DNA of 64,000 bases from Chiloscyllium plagiosum. Lineage: Eukaryota. The notes beneath the pieces are model-generated. The model worked only from the letters and a program-made list of their open reading frames with translations, was not told where the DNA came from and did not search any database. Where the stretch lies: the NCBI RefSeq assembly GCF_004010195.1, contig NC_057718.1, forward strand, positions 51,417,941 to 51,481,940, written 5' to 3'. Numbering within the stretch: position 1 is the first letter of the stretch; each line of letters begins with the position of its first letter. Both the position numbers and the translations under genes were made by a program. Shown piece after piece: positions 38,630 through 51,899 of this stretch.

Positions 38630-39265
38630 GATAGCCAGTTCAATATGATTATGGCTGATCCAATGACAGTGCACACGTCCACTTTCCTTCCCTTTCCTCA
38701 TCACTCTCGATTCCCCAACAGATCATGAATCTACTCAACAACTCTGCCCCAACAGCTCTCTTTGTGTCAAAGACTTCCAAAGACTCTCAATCTTCTAAGA
38801 GAAGAAACTCCTCTTCAACTCAGTATTAAATTGGAGCTTCTTTATTCTGAGACAATGCCCTCTGATCCTAGACTCTCCCAAGTGAGGAAACATTCTCTCA
38901 GCATTTACCCTGTCGGACTCCATAAGAATCCTTTATGTTTCAATGAGATCACCTCTTGTTCTTCTAAACTCCAGTGAGTCGAGTTGCAACCTTTGCTCAT
39001 AAGACAATCCCTCCTTACCAGGAATCATCCTAGTGAACCTTCTCTGAATGGCCTCCAATCAAATAATAGCTTTCCTTAATTAAGGGGACCAAAACTGTTC
39101 ACATTACTCCAGAAATGGTCTCACCAGCACCTTGTATAGTTGCAGTAGGACTTCCCAACTCTTATACTCAAATCCCCTTGAAAGTACGGCAATATTCCAT
39201 TCGCCTTCTTGATTACCTGCTGCACCTGTGTGCTAGCTTTGTGTTTTGTCGACAAGGATACCTTT
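38630..39265 (-). mobile_element. Old CR1 3' fragment (a further short tail at ~37765-37880)
   Basis: Reverse-strand CR1 motifs (gtgaaccttctctgaatggcctcca, gaccaaaactgttcacattactccag). Confidence 0.8.
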
Positions 39266-39319
39266 TGTGTTATAATTTTCAAAACCATGTATTGAAGGTG
39301 ATCTGATTGGACTTTTAGG

Positions 39320-39600
39320 TAGATTCCAGGATTTTGATGCAGTGAAGGTCAACCAAAAAGGATAAGTCAGGATGGTGATGACCTGGAGGGGAACTTGCAC
39401 TTGGTGGTATTTCCATTCACCTGTTGGTCTATTGGGTGTGGTTGTTAATTTGAAAGCTGGTATTTATGGAGACTTTGTCATTTGTTGCAGTGTATCTTGA
39501 GGATGGAACATATTGTTGCCCTTGTGCTTTGATGGCAAAAGGAGTGAATATTTAAGGTTTTGCATATAGTGTCAATCAAGCAGGCTATTTTGTCTCAAAT
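39320..39600 (-). mobile_element. Old LINE family fragment
   Basis: aagtcaggatggtg...ggaggggaacttgca is the reverse complement of the motif at 60195-60230. Confidence 0.6.
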
Positions 39601-42600
39601 CTGTCCTTTGAGGGAAACTGGAGAGAAATTCACTCGATAAAGGAGCAACATTGGAAATGAAGATACACTAATTTGTCATGGCACTTGCTGCCACATCTCA
39701 GGAGTTAAATTGTTTGAAGATCCCAAAGACACCTTGACAGAAACTAAGGAAAGCTAAACGTACAAGGTGAGTGACTCAAGAAGATGTAAAGTAAGGGGAT
39801 AATAAGCCACGTGTTAAGAAGGTTGGGTGCTAGGCAAGGTATGGTGGCAGATGGATGAGGGCAATAAGAAGCCAAGTAGGTGTCAGATGGGTGGCAAGGG
39901 TAGTATAGCAGGTGGGTGAGGAGCTAGGCTGTGGATAAATGCTTAGGCTAGTCAGGGTGGGGTGTGGGTATTGGGTAAGGGTCATCAAAAGTGGCAGTTA
40001 TTGGGTTAGATCAGGCTTATGTGGGTTTGGGGGCTGAGGATAAGCTCTGGTCTGCTAGGATCAGGGACTGAGAGTGAAGGAGGGGGCTGCTGTTGGGAGT
40101 CAGACCTGATGTCAGGGAGGGTCAGTGGGGATAATGACTAGGTTTGGCAGGATCAGGTTGGATCAGGTTTCAGGAAGGGATGGAATCTTATGTTGAGGGA
40201 GTGGGGTATTATCGTGGATGCCAGTTTTGACAGGATTAGGTTGTTCTGAATCAGGTCCAAGGCAAGAGTGTGGAGGTGTTGAAGAGTTATGTATTCAGTT
40301 TAGTAGTTATCCAGGAGTAAGAAAAGGTTTTTAACCTTTTAGTTTTTCCTGGGTGACAATGAAGCTTAAGCAAGCTGGAATCCTTAGAATTCTTTTACAG
40401 TGGAATTGCCCATTGGAAACTAATCCTCGTGGGCAATTACCTCTGTTTCCATTGGACTGGAAATTCATACAATTCATGTCTTAGCTGCCAAAATGAATAC
40501 CTGGGCCAATGGATATCAGAATATCTGGGCCAATAATTATTATATAAAATATTTATATAAATATAACACTCTTATCCAAAATGATAAATAAAACTGATTG
40601 AATGGTTGAAGGTGGCGATCATGTGATGAAGCCACTTGAAATAACATCGAACCAAAGTTGGCATTGCAAGGAAGAGTATATTAGAGAAATGCATTAGAAT
40701 ATAACCTTTAGAAAAATTGAGAGGAGGAAGAATCATAAAATATACTTATGCAAATTTTGTTTTAATTCCCAGGCAGTGAAATAACTTTTTTGATAATTGG
40801 ATCTAAAACCTAACAGCAGCATGAAGGGAAATGTTTTGTTTTATTCCAGTTAACTGGTGAAAAGTCAAAGGTTTCATTTGCAGTCACAGAGACATTAATT
40901 TTGTTCATACGTTATTGGAGGGCAGATAATTTTATCTCAATATAATTACCAGCTGAAATCATAGTTTTCATGCATTGAGTTTACATGAGAGATGATCATC
41001 CAGAGTCAAATCTAAATTATGTTTTACATTTTAGCTATGACTGGAAATCAGTTTTTACGTGGAAATGTTGCTGAATCTTAAATGGAGTTTAACCTAATCA
41101 GTCAAACAGTTATGTTTTACGGCAGAATATTTTATTTGCTCAACTGAATTTCTGCTAAATGTACCCTTTGATATTTTTACAGTCCCTTTAGTCCCAATGT
41201 TGGGGAATTGGTAGTGCATTGAAGATCTTGGGTTACTGTGAGAAGGAGGTGTTCATTGACAGCAGCCATCAAAAGGGCAACATGCCATGATAATTGGCAA
41301 GACTAGATAGTAGATGTGGAGATCAGGAGATAATGTTGGAAGATGGAATCTTAAATGAAAGAGTTGTTGGGAACTTGTGGAAGCTCAGACTGATGGCATT
41401 GACAGGGAGTGCAAGGAAGAAAGGAACATGAGGGTTTAGGGGGTGGGGATGCCTTGATTAACCAACTTTACCTGTAACTCACATAGCAAATCATAGTCTC
41501 TACACCTTACATCCTCATCTGTGTTGTAAATGTACAATGTAAATGGAAACTGATTGCTACCACATAGAGTGAGCAGAGGCAAGTTTTCTTTTGTGTACAA
41601 GAGTGCAGATTCTATTTGTGTACAATATAAGAACCTTCATTGATCAATTGCATAAATCAGGCACTTAGGCAATACAGTTTTAAGGCATTTGTAATCACTG
41701 AATTCTGCATGTAAAGCATGTGCAGTAACCAACTAGGTGGAATACATATCCTGGCCACAAGCAATCTTGTTCATGTCATTGATCACTACAAATAGATCAG
41801 AATCATTTCTGTGAAATTGAAATAATCACAGGCAATCTTAAAAATATTACAGGTAGACAACAATTCACAAAGATGATCTGATACATAAGCTACACAGGAG
41901 TATGGAGCTGATTCACTCTTGCCTTGCACTGTAAGAATGTAACAATATGGTCTTATATGTAAGGCTGCTTTTCTGGGCTGATGATGAGGACTGGAATGTG
42001 TGGATAAATGTTCAGTAATTCTGCTACACTTACAATCTCATGTTGCATTTGAATGACATGGCTTGTATATTAGAATGAAGTCAAATATCCAAAACAAGCA
42101 TTCCAAGGCCCTTGTTGTCTCTTTGTATTGAGGACTACGTTAAACTGGAATTACTGTGTGACAATAATGCTGACTGCTCCTATTTTTTAAGCCCTGTACT
42201 ACTTCTGATATTCCTTACACAGGTTAATTGGGACTGCAATTAATGGATCCAACCACTATATGTGTAATTGCCACTGCGGCCAAAGGCACGGTAAAACTGC
42301 GGAGCCTTAAATTAGCTAGCAAGCTGAGGTCCAACAACAACCTCCAGTGGCTGCCGACCAGCCTCCACATGAAGACCTCACAGCTGAAGATTCTCTCAGG
42401 TCACCAGAAAAGATACAGGAGAATACATTTCTTCTAGACCAGTGAGTTGTATTGCCTCCGCAGACTGAGCATTTTGTGTGGCAGTGCCAGAGAACTGTGC
42501 CATCTTCTGGAGCAGGATTTGTACCTGAAAGGGCAGGGAACCATTCTATTCCAGTGACCATTACATTGTTTCATCACTTTTCTCAGTGACAAGGTCAGTG

Positions 42601-43009
42601 TAACTGTACAGGGAGTAGGCTTTGTCAATTGAATTAGACTCCGACAGGTATAGGGCACCACAGAATGTGCACACACTGCATTAAGAGTGCCATATGACAA
42701 TGCAGCAGAATTCAGTAAAGGGTTTGATCAATGTACAGATCATCTATGATCTTTGTCAGGAACCCTGAAGGCTGCCATGATGCCTATATTCTTGAGAAAT
42801 CTTGTGTTTCTGCTTCATTTCAAGGCTTGGACACTTTATAAAGATCGTTGCCATGAGAAAGGGCTACCCTCTGAAACCAGAGTGGTTGATTCCAATGCAT
42901 AACACCTGATGGAGTCTAAGCATTGATACAATAGAGCCCATTACTAGGGCAATTGTGAAACAGATTACTGAGAAGAAGAAGCAATGACCTCGTAGTCGGC
43001 TGTTGATCA

Positions 43010-43300
43010 ATAGACTATTAGTTCAGAGATCCAGCCGAATGTTCTGGGGACCCATATTCAAATCCTGCTTTGGCAGCTGATGGAATTTGAATTCAATAAA
43101 AATCTGGAATTAAGAGTCAAATAATGACCTTACAACAGTGTTGATTGCCAGGAAAAGCACATCTGGTTCACTAATGTCCTTTAGGGAAAGAAACTGCTAC
43201 CCTGAAAGGACATTTGCGGTAGTCTGGCCTACATAGGATTCCAGACCAGTAAAAATGTGGTTGACCCTCTGGAAAATGAATGTTGGCCATCTTGTAATGA
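43010..43300 (+). mobile_element. SINE-like repeat (family of 5205 and 30190)
   Basis: tggaatttgaattcaataaaaatctggaattaagagtc...atctggttcactaatgtcctttaggga...gtctggcctacat. Confidence 0.75.
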
Positions 43301-43380
43301 ATTTTAAAAAAAAGGCAAAAATGTTTGGATCAGTCTGCTGGGGTAGTGTGGAGGGTTGGTGAGTTTGTGATGCAGTCCAG

Positions 43381-43506
43381 GAGATAGTGAGAACTGCGGA
43401 TGCTGGAGGGTCAGTGTTGATAAAGTGTGGTGTTGGAAAAGGCACAGCAGGTCAGGCAGCATCTGAGGAGCAAGAGAATCGATGTTTCGGGCATAACCCT
43501 TCATCA
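43381..43506 (-). mobile_element. PLE terminal fragment truncated within the hammerhead core
   Basis: TSD tgat(g/a)cagtccag at 43368-43380 and 43507-43519. Confidence 0.82.
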
Positions 43507-44217
43507 TGATACAGTCCAGACTGAGTATGACACAGAATCTTCACGTTGTGCTCTGCATAGGGAAATGTGATGAATGCTGAAAAGCTGGGAGGGTGGTGGT
43601 AGACATCCAAGGAGTAAGATGAGGATATTGAAGAGGAGGAACATCACTGTCAGCATGATAGAGTGGTGTAGCTTGAGAGCAAAATACTAGACAGGGCGAC
43701 TTAATGAATACATGCATCCAATTGATGTGAATTGGGTGAAGTGATCATTCAATGATTAAATTTGTTGTTTCTTGAAATGCAAGCAGCCCTTGTTTATTCC
43801 CAGAAGAAAATGCAGCTTTTGTTTGTTTTCTTTCTTTTCCTATTGTTTTAACTCTCTCCATCGTCTGATGCGCCTCTATTGAACAATGTCAAAGTATTTA
43901 TGTCTGTTGGGTGTTAGGGGAAAAACAACATTGATTAGATTGGTTTGATGCTGATTATAGGCAACCTCTCTAGCTTCATTTTCGTAGCTACAGTTACAAA
44001 GACAGTCAATCAAACAGGTGAAGGTGTAAAACAGCTTTTATTTAATACCTATGATGCTGATTAACACTGATCAGACAGAATAGCAGAACACAACACTTCA
44101 TGAAAGAAAAGTGCCTTCATGTACAAATGGAAATTGAATCAAAAATTGAAAATCATTATCGTTTTCTGTCAATAATCAGCTGCTGAAAATCCTTTCCTTG
44201 CACAATATTTCTGTTAC

Positions 44218-44435
44218 AGGTATTGGTTAACTCACTTGGCTGGATGGCTGGTTTGGGATGCAAAGAATACCAACAACACAGGTTTCAATCCCTGTAGCAG
44301 CCAAAGTTACACTGAAGGACTTAACTTCTCAACCTCTCCCATTGCCTAAGGTAACCATCAGTATAAACCACCAAGAGTTGTCTTTCCCTAATAAGAGAGC
44401 AGCCCTGTAGTCTGGTAAGCCTACTGTGATATTAC
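44218..44435 (+). mobile_element. Degenerate tRNA-like SINE, different family
   Basis: A-box-like tggttaactcacttgg, B-box-like ggtttcaatccc, ending gagcagccctgtagtctggtaag. Confidence 0.5.
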
Positions 44436-45692
44436 TTATTTTTACTACTGTTACAACAGTTGAAAAAAGACTGAGACTGAGCCTTCCATTTAGGTTTTAA
44501 CAGCCTGAAGGTAGAAGAAGTTCCATCAGCCAGAAACGAAGTATTTTGGATAAGTATTTTGTATTTTGATATGGGATGAAGGGGACCAGATGTGGTCTAA
44601 TCAGTCATATTGACCCTCTGGAGATGAAAATGATGAACACCTTAAAATATAGGCCAGGAATAAGACTGATTCTCCTTGTTTCTTGTGAAACAGTTTTCAA
44701 AGCAGATCCACTGGATAGACACAATTGTCCTTTCTGGTCTGTGTCTTGAAATGGGGAAGCTGTTGGGTATGGGGAAGCTTTTGTCTAAGTAATAGACTAC
44801 TTAGAGAATCTGCCCTGAACCAAGATGGCTGCTGAGGTGGCATGTCCAACCAAGTATCTCATCAATTACATTGGAATATAATCATGTAAAGAATGATGAT
44901 AGCAATGGGAAACATTAAGACAGAAAACTTATATTTCTTTTTCACTGGAGAACATTCAATGGCATAAGCTGCTTGACTGCATAGAAATATCAGGTTATAA
45001 TGATATTCAATAGTCAGAGATAAGAGGGAATTGACTTAATTCTGAATTATAAAGTCACCAGTGTAACTACCAGGAAGCTTTGTCATTCACCAACTCTGTG
45101 AATATAGTTTCATGTTAGAAATTTTCCACCTGGTGCAGATTGAAAATAATGTGGTAATACCAGATTACAGTAACTCTCATGCGATATAGAAGTGGTTACA
45201 ACTAACAGATTTCATCGGTTGTTGTGGCAACTACACAAGGCTCAGCAGGGGCAAACTTATGTGACACATTTATTTAAAGTAGAGACTATATTGGAATGTT
45301 AAAATTAAAAAGTAATGCACTGAAGCTCCATGGAACAGCAGATCACACAAGTCCATAATCGCCCATCACAACTCAACTGTGTCACCGATGGCAGGCTAAG
45401 CTGAGACCAAAGATTAGTTTTGATTACTTAATGAATTTGTTTTTAAAAAAAGTATTGGAATTTAAGATGGGCCCATTAACCAACACACTAAAATGAGCAC
45501 CCAGTTTCAACACCCAGATGTTTTATTCTAATGAGACTGAGACAGTTAAGTGAGACGCCTTTTGTAGCTCCAGGCAGGTGATTACTGAGTAAAAACTCAG
45601 AGATGCTAAAGAGCCATTCATCTGACCTTCCAATTAGCATGGGGATACATAATGAAGAAAATGGTATGGAAATTGAATAATGAACAGTCAAA

Positions 45693-45990
45693 GGTGTTGG
45701 CTCAGTGATGAGCACTGCTGCCTCAAAGCGCCAGGTACCCAGGTTTGATTCCAGCCTCAGGCTACTGTCTTTGTGGAGTTTGCATGTTCCCCCTGTGTCT
45801 GCATGGGTCTCCTTCCACTGTCCAAAGATGTGCATGTTCGGTGGATTGGCTATGTTAAATTGTCCATAGTGTCCAGGATATGCAGGGGGATAGGGTATGA
45901 GGGTTTGGGTCTGACTAGGATGCTCTTTGGAGGGTCAGTATGGACTCAATGGGCCATATAGCCCGCTTCCACACTGAAGGGATTCTATGA
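45693..45990 (+). mobile_element. Diverged HE1-like V-SINE
   Basis: A/B boxes, V core, gggattctatga tail. Confidence 0.87.
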
Positions 45991-46709
45991 AAACAAGTCG
46001 CAGATTTCAACCATGTCGACCAAATGGCACCTGGAACAAAGTGTAAATTTTAGAAATTAAAAATTCTGAAGTTGCTGAAATACATAACTAAGGCACTGAA
46101 AAGAAATAAAAGTTTAACCATTGTAATTTCATCACAGTGTCACAAATCCACCTGAGTTTTTTTTCTTTTCCAGTTCCTGATTGACACACTACATCTTTTC
46201 TTGGTTTTATTTCAGACTTGGTAAAGTTCTAGGTTTGACCTTTGGATTGTGCCAAGTTAGTTGATTTTAATTAGAGTTTTTGTGTACAATTAGTGATAGA
46301 GGGAAAAACTGCAAACCCCCACTATGGCACGTTTGTAGAGCCTGCATATGTCTGTGATGGGAAGAACCACGGATGGCCTTTCCAGCCTGCTGCCAACTGA
46401 GGCTCTTACATTGGTGAATAGCCACCATTCAAACTGATTCTGTATCATCCTGGAGATGCACCACACAGGAGGAAAAGCAACTATGTTCAGGGTTAATTGG
46501 AAAGTTCCTGGAAGAGAGAGGCAGGAATCTTTATTCAAATATATTCAGTGCCTGATTGATGACCAGACTAGTTCTACTTTGTCTGGGATTATCCTGGCTT
46601 TGTTTTGCAACTGAATTGGACACAGCCTCAACCTAAAAGATACTCAAATTCTTTACAACCTATCCCAGGTCTATCCTTCTACTGAGATCAGTGAGGAAAT
46701 CCAGCCAAA

Positions 46710-47500
46710 TGTGAAGCACTTTCCAACCTGGAAAGCTATCTTTCATCTAAGGCTGACATCATTGTGGAGGTTCATCATTGTATCGAATCTTTGAGCACCA
46801 TCTTTGAACAGCTAGCAACAAGAGTCTTTAACAACAGTGACATCCATGCTAGAATCCTTGTGTATGAGGCAGTCATCCTTCTCACCCTTCTCTATGGCTC
46901 CAAAACATGCATTATGCATTGACCTCAGGCCCTGCAGAAATACTATCAATGCTGTTTGAGACAGATTCTCTGCACTAGCTGGCAGGATACATGTATTAAC
47001 ATCAGTATCCTTGTAACAGCCAGTTAATACCAGCTTCATGGCTATGATCATCTAAAAGCAACTCCACTGGCCCAGCCACGTGTTCAGGATTCCTGAGATC
47101 CAAATGCCAAAGCAAAACACTTTCACCCAAGTCAAGGATGACCCTCAAACAGAAGGAGGCCAAAGAGAGCTTTTCAAAGACTATCTGAACGATTCCCTCA
47201 AGAAATTCAACATAGCTGTCAACGTGGCAGAGACCTCTCATTAAAAAGAAACTGACTTAGAGGAAGCTCCTGTATGAAGGGACACACCTTGAGAACAGCC
47301 ATTGCCAGGAGGAACTGTGGGAAAGGCACTAAAGAAAGGAATGCCTGCCAAAGAGCAAGTCCATCTCTCGGAAACACCTGCCGAATGTGTGGTCGGGGTT
47401 GCGAGTCTAGGATCAGGCTCATCAGCCACACAAGAATCAACAGAACTCATGATCATGGAATTTCTTAGGTGAACAGACATACTTATTAACAAGTGATTTC
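46710..47500 (+). mobile_element. Decayed RTE-like LINE 3' part
   Basis: LSSKADI remnant ~46740; W.SHV.RIP at ~47068; terminal C2H-type motif TCRMCGRGCESRIRLISHTR. Confidence 0.75.
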
Positions 47501-48125
47501 CATCGCTAGCTCTGCTAAATTGCGTTCAGATGCTTACATATGCACCTCCTAGTGACACCAGATCCAGTTGGTGAAGGGATCAGCAGGGTGACAATAGTAC
47601 AGAAGATTGACAACAATGTTCAACAATTGGAAGCCACTTGTAGAGGGAGCACCAACTAGCACTAAGGGTGATAGTTGTTGAGCCAAGACATACAACCAAC
47701 TTTTTATTTGGCTTGAAGATCATTGTGGTCCTCCCTGCTGATAGCTCTGCTTCATCATACTTGAGATCTGACTGCTAGATTCCAGCTTCGGGCAATTTTA
47801 TTGACAGAATTAAGTTGAGCACAAAATGCCATAGTACGTAAATGTCCCTGAAGCATACAAGGCTTTAACATATTCAGACAATTTTGTTTCTGTTGATTTG
47901 CAATTATAATATTTATATATCACCATGGGGTCCTAAATCTCCAGTTGCCTGGCCCAAACTTCACACCCCCTGAACCCAGCAGTTACAAAGGGCAGCCCCT
48001 TCCTCAGAACTTGTAATAAATTGAATGTTGATGAAGGAATGAGGATTGCAATTCAATTGTTCTTTTTCTTTCTTTTCATCATTTCTCATTTTTAAAATGA
48101 ACGGACGAACAGTCTTATGAAATGT

Positions 48126-48339
48126 TGTTAAAAATCACGTAACACCAGGTTATAGTCCAACAGGTTTATTTGCAAGCACGAGGTTTTGAAGTGTTGCTTC
48201 TTCATCAGGTGGTTGACACCTGATGAAGGAGCAGCGCTTCGAAAGCTAATGCTTTCAAATAAACCTGTTGGACTATAACCCGGTGTTGCGTGATTTTTAA
48301 CTTTGTCCACCCCAGTGCAACATCTGCTCCTCCAAATTC
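48126..48339 (+). mobile_element. Fold-back mini-element of another PLE-like family, with hammerhead (48217-48251)
   Basis: Inverted arms 48126-48211 and 48217-48301; cac-CTGATGA-a-GGAGC-agc-GCTTC-GAAA-g-CTA; TSD tgaaatgt at 48118-48125 and 48340-48347. Confidence 0.8.
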
Positions 48340-48823
48340 TGAAATGTATGATTCTCAATTGAACACCTCTAGAATCTAGTAAAAGTAAAGTTCTCCAATC
48401 TTTCTGTTGAATCAACTGAACCTTCATGGTCTAGTCAACATGGATTGTTATTTTCAATAGAGGCATCTTGAATCTCTTCCAGAGTGACTCAGCTTTACAG
48501 TCATTTGTCACTAGATATTCTCATACTTTTTTGGATTGGAAACATCTTTTGGAGTTGTATATCTTCAATAACCAAGAGAAATTTGGACATCAGCTCAACA
48601 CGCAGTTGAGATTTTCCCAGTTGTAAGTCACCATTATAATCCTAGCAAGCAACAGAGTCACAGAAGAATCATCTGTTTTTATTTCAGAGTCTAAACTGGG
48701 CAATTACATGATTCAGAAGTTCTTCCTGAGCTCAGTAACATGTTGGATCTTAAAGTTTTAAAAGTACGAAAACCATTATTGTCAAGACCATACAGTGGTG
48801 CATTATTTGATGCTCCAGTATAC

Positions 48824-49237
48824 TGCTATGGACTAGGCCAAACAACTCAAAATATTCTTAAGCAGGCAGCCTTAGACCTAACTTTGCAATTTGTTTCGGT
48901 AAGTGTACAGTGAAAATTACCCCGAGTAAGATAGCTAGGTTGACTACTAGATTTTAGAACAGACAAAAAATGTATTCGCAAAATTACACAATGAAACACA
49001 AAGAACTCAACTTATCCAGCTAGACTTAATTATGCTGTTTCGAATACACACAACAGTCCCAATAAGCAGCCTCCCTTTAAAACCAGTATAAATGGAACAC
49101 ATGTTTACTGGTGGAAGTTGAAGGGCAGAAAAGAGAGAGAATTTCCACACAACTCCCTGTTGCACTTCACAGTTCAAGACTGAACTAAAACTGCTCAGCT
49201 CAGTTCAGCTGACTAGAGAGATGACCACTCCCCTTTC
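48824..49237 (-). repeat. 3' LTR, inner part deleted
   Basis: Aligns with 53309-53733 up to gaccactcccctttc, then abuts RNase H coding sequence. Confidence 0.9.
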
Positions 49238-50260
49238 TATCCCCTCCATCCTCCTCCAGGAGCACTGCACCGACAAACACATCAATGGCATCGATAGCCA
49301 CCTTGAAATGCTTTGTGTAATCCGGTGTGGCTAATATTGGGGCAGTGGTTAACACAGTTTTTAGGCTGTCAAATGTCTTTTGAGAGTCCACTGTCCACTG
49401 AAACTTCTTACCCTTTTTTTAACAAGTCAGTGAGTGGAGCAGCCACACTGCTAAACTTCAGCACAAACTTTCAGTACAATCCACTCAACTACAGGAACTG
49501 TCTTACTGCTTTCGTCGCCGACGGTGTGGCAAATTCTCCAATCACTTTCATTTTTACATCTCATGGGGTCATTTGCCCATGTCCAAGAACATGGCCCAGG
49601 AAGATGACCTGGGCTTTGGCAAATTCACTTTGAGCTAGGTTTACCACCGAGCCTGCCTTCTGAGATCGATCAAACAAGTTTGATAAATGCTGTAAATGTT
49701 CCTTCCATGGGTGACTAAAAGTCACCAGGTCATCAATGTACACCACACAGTTGGATAATCCGGCAATGACCTTATTAATCAGTCTCTGAAATGTGGCTGG
49801 AGTGTTTTTCATACCAAATGGCATGACTTTGAACTGATATAGTCCATTTGGCATTATGAAAGCTGAAATCGCCTTTGCTCTCTCTGACAGAGGTACTTGC
49901 CAGTAGCATCTGTGCAAGTCCTACTTGGAAATATAAGTTGCTTGTCCCACTTTATCAACACAGTCCTCCAACCGTGGAACTGGATATGTATCAGTCTTTG
50001 TAACGGCATTGACTTTGCAAAAGCCCACACATAACTGTTGGGTACCATCTGGCTTTCGCACCATGACTGTGGGTGAGCTCCAGTCACTGTAACTCATTTT
50101 GATTATGCGATTTTGGAGCATGCGCTCTATCTCCTTCTGAACCTGAGCCAACTTTAGAGGGTTATGCCTATAAGGATGTTGCTTCATCAGAACAGTGTCT
50201 CCGATATCTACATCATGCACAATTAGGTTAGTACTTCCCAGTTTATTTCCGCATATCTCC
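49238..50260 (-). pseudogene. Reverse transcriptase and N-terminal RNase H remnant
   Basis: KQHPYR, WSSP, YPVPRLEDCVD, YQFKVMPFGMKNTPATFQRL, VYIDD; RNase H DAIDVFVGAVLL. Confidence 0.93.
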
Positions 50261-50449
50261 CCATGTGATAGTAATAACTCTTTCAGGTCATTTCGATTTT
50301 CTTATGGAAGGTAACTCAATAATTTATCCCAATTTTTGACAACTTCCTCATTGTCCAATTTGATTTGAGGAATGTCCAATTCAGAATCCTCTGAACTTGG
50401 TTCTTCCTTCTATTCTGTAATCATTAACTCCTCCTCCTCTTGCTTTCCT

Positions 50450-51560
50450 TCCCTATCAAAATACCTTTTGAGCATATTCACATGACACACTCGGTGAGAT
50501 TGCTTCCTGTCAAGAGTCCTTATCAAGTATTCATCTCACTCAATTTCCTTTCGATTTGATAAGGTCCACCAAACCTTGCTTTTAAAGGCTCAACTGGTAC
50601 TAGAAGTAACACCAATACCTTATCCCCAATTGCAAAATTGCAAATTTGTGATTCCTTATCTGTTTCTTGTTTCATTGTAAGCTGTGATACTTTTAAATGC
50701 TGTCTAATGAACTCTCCAGCTCTATTTAGTCATTCTCTAAAATTTGACACATAGTCCAAATGGTCTCTGAATTCTGACTTATTAATTCCTCCTTAATCAA
50801 TTTTAATGGCCCCCTTACTTCATGCCCAAATATTAATTCAAATAGACTGAATTTGGTTGATTCATTCGGTGCATCTCTGATTGCAAGAAGTACAAATGAA
50901 ACTCCCTTATCCCAATCATCTGGATAATGCTGACCATAAGCCAACAACATGGTCTTCAGTATTTGATGCCACCTCTGTCATGCTCCCTGCAACTCTGGAT
51001 GGTACATAGTAGATTTGAATAGCTTTATTCCCAAGTTATTCATAACCTTCTTGAATATTTTGGATGTAAAGTTTGATCATTGGTCTGACTGGATCTCTAT
51101 TGGCAGTCCATACCTAGTAAAAGATTTAAGTACTTCTTCTACAACCCTTTTAGCTGCGATGTTGCCTAATGCGATTGCCTCTGGAAATCTAGTTGACACA
51201 TCCATTATTATTAATAAATACTTATCCCCACTTTTTGTTTGAGGTAGGGGACCTACACAATCGATCATCGTTCCTCAAATGCTGGAATATGTATTAAAGG
51301 AGGAGGTTTTATTGCTGCCTGTGGTTTTCCAAATGGCTGACATGTGTGACACATCTGGCAAGATTCAACTACATCTTTGTGTAGTCCGGGCCAGTAAAAG
51401 TGTCTTTGTATTTTAGCCTGTGTTTTCCTTACCCCTAAATGACCACCAAGTGGTAGCTCATGCACCACTTGCAGCACCTCCTTTCCACACCACACTGGCA
51501 AAACAATTTAATGAATCTCTGCCCATTTCTCATCTACTTGAATGTGTGATGGTCTCCATT
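50450..51560 (-). pseudogene. Integrase remnant
   Basis: HHCC motif HELPLGGHLG...FYWP...CHTC; IDCVGPLP; IQSDQ; WDKGV.FVL.AIR..PNEST.FS.FELIFG. Confidence 0.92.
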
Positions 51561-51899
51561 TCCTCATTAAGACATCATTTGTTAAGTAATAACACACATG
51601 AATAAATTCACTTTATTTCTTTGTAAATGCCTTTTGATATAACTGTTTCAACTCCTCGTCTTTCTGCTGTAATTCAATCAGTTTAGCAAAGCTAAATATA
51701 CTTGCATATTTACCTATTTGCTCCTTCTTTGTTCCACTTATCTGATCAAGGAAAGTTTCGGATAAGACTACGTCAGCTTCCTTATCTGTGCCTTTTGATC
51801 TCTCCTGCTTCACCTTGTGCCTTTGTGATCTTGTGATCACACAATCAGGGAAAATTCCTGGATAAACATTCTCCAGGTCTTCAATTGCCTGTGTCTCCA

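Larger units (their letters stand above)
42240..43710 (+). pseudogene. Decayed PIF/Harbinger (HARBI1-like DDE) transposase, interrupted by a SINE and a PLE fragment
   Basis: Ordered motif remnants: ECAHTALRVP (~42663, for IDCTHV), KG..INVQIIYD (~42718), GCHDAYIL (~42771), KGYPL..W (~42859), YN.AH..RAIV.Q (~42927), CLD (~43322), CALH (~43548), then an acidic tail. Confidence 0.7.

Noticed and set aside
40530..40570. AT-only quasi-palindrome
   Set aside because: Low-complexity sequence expected by chance.
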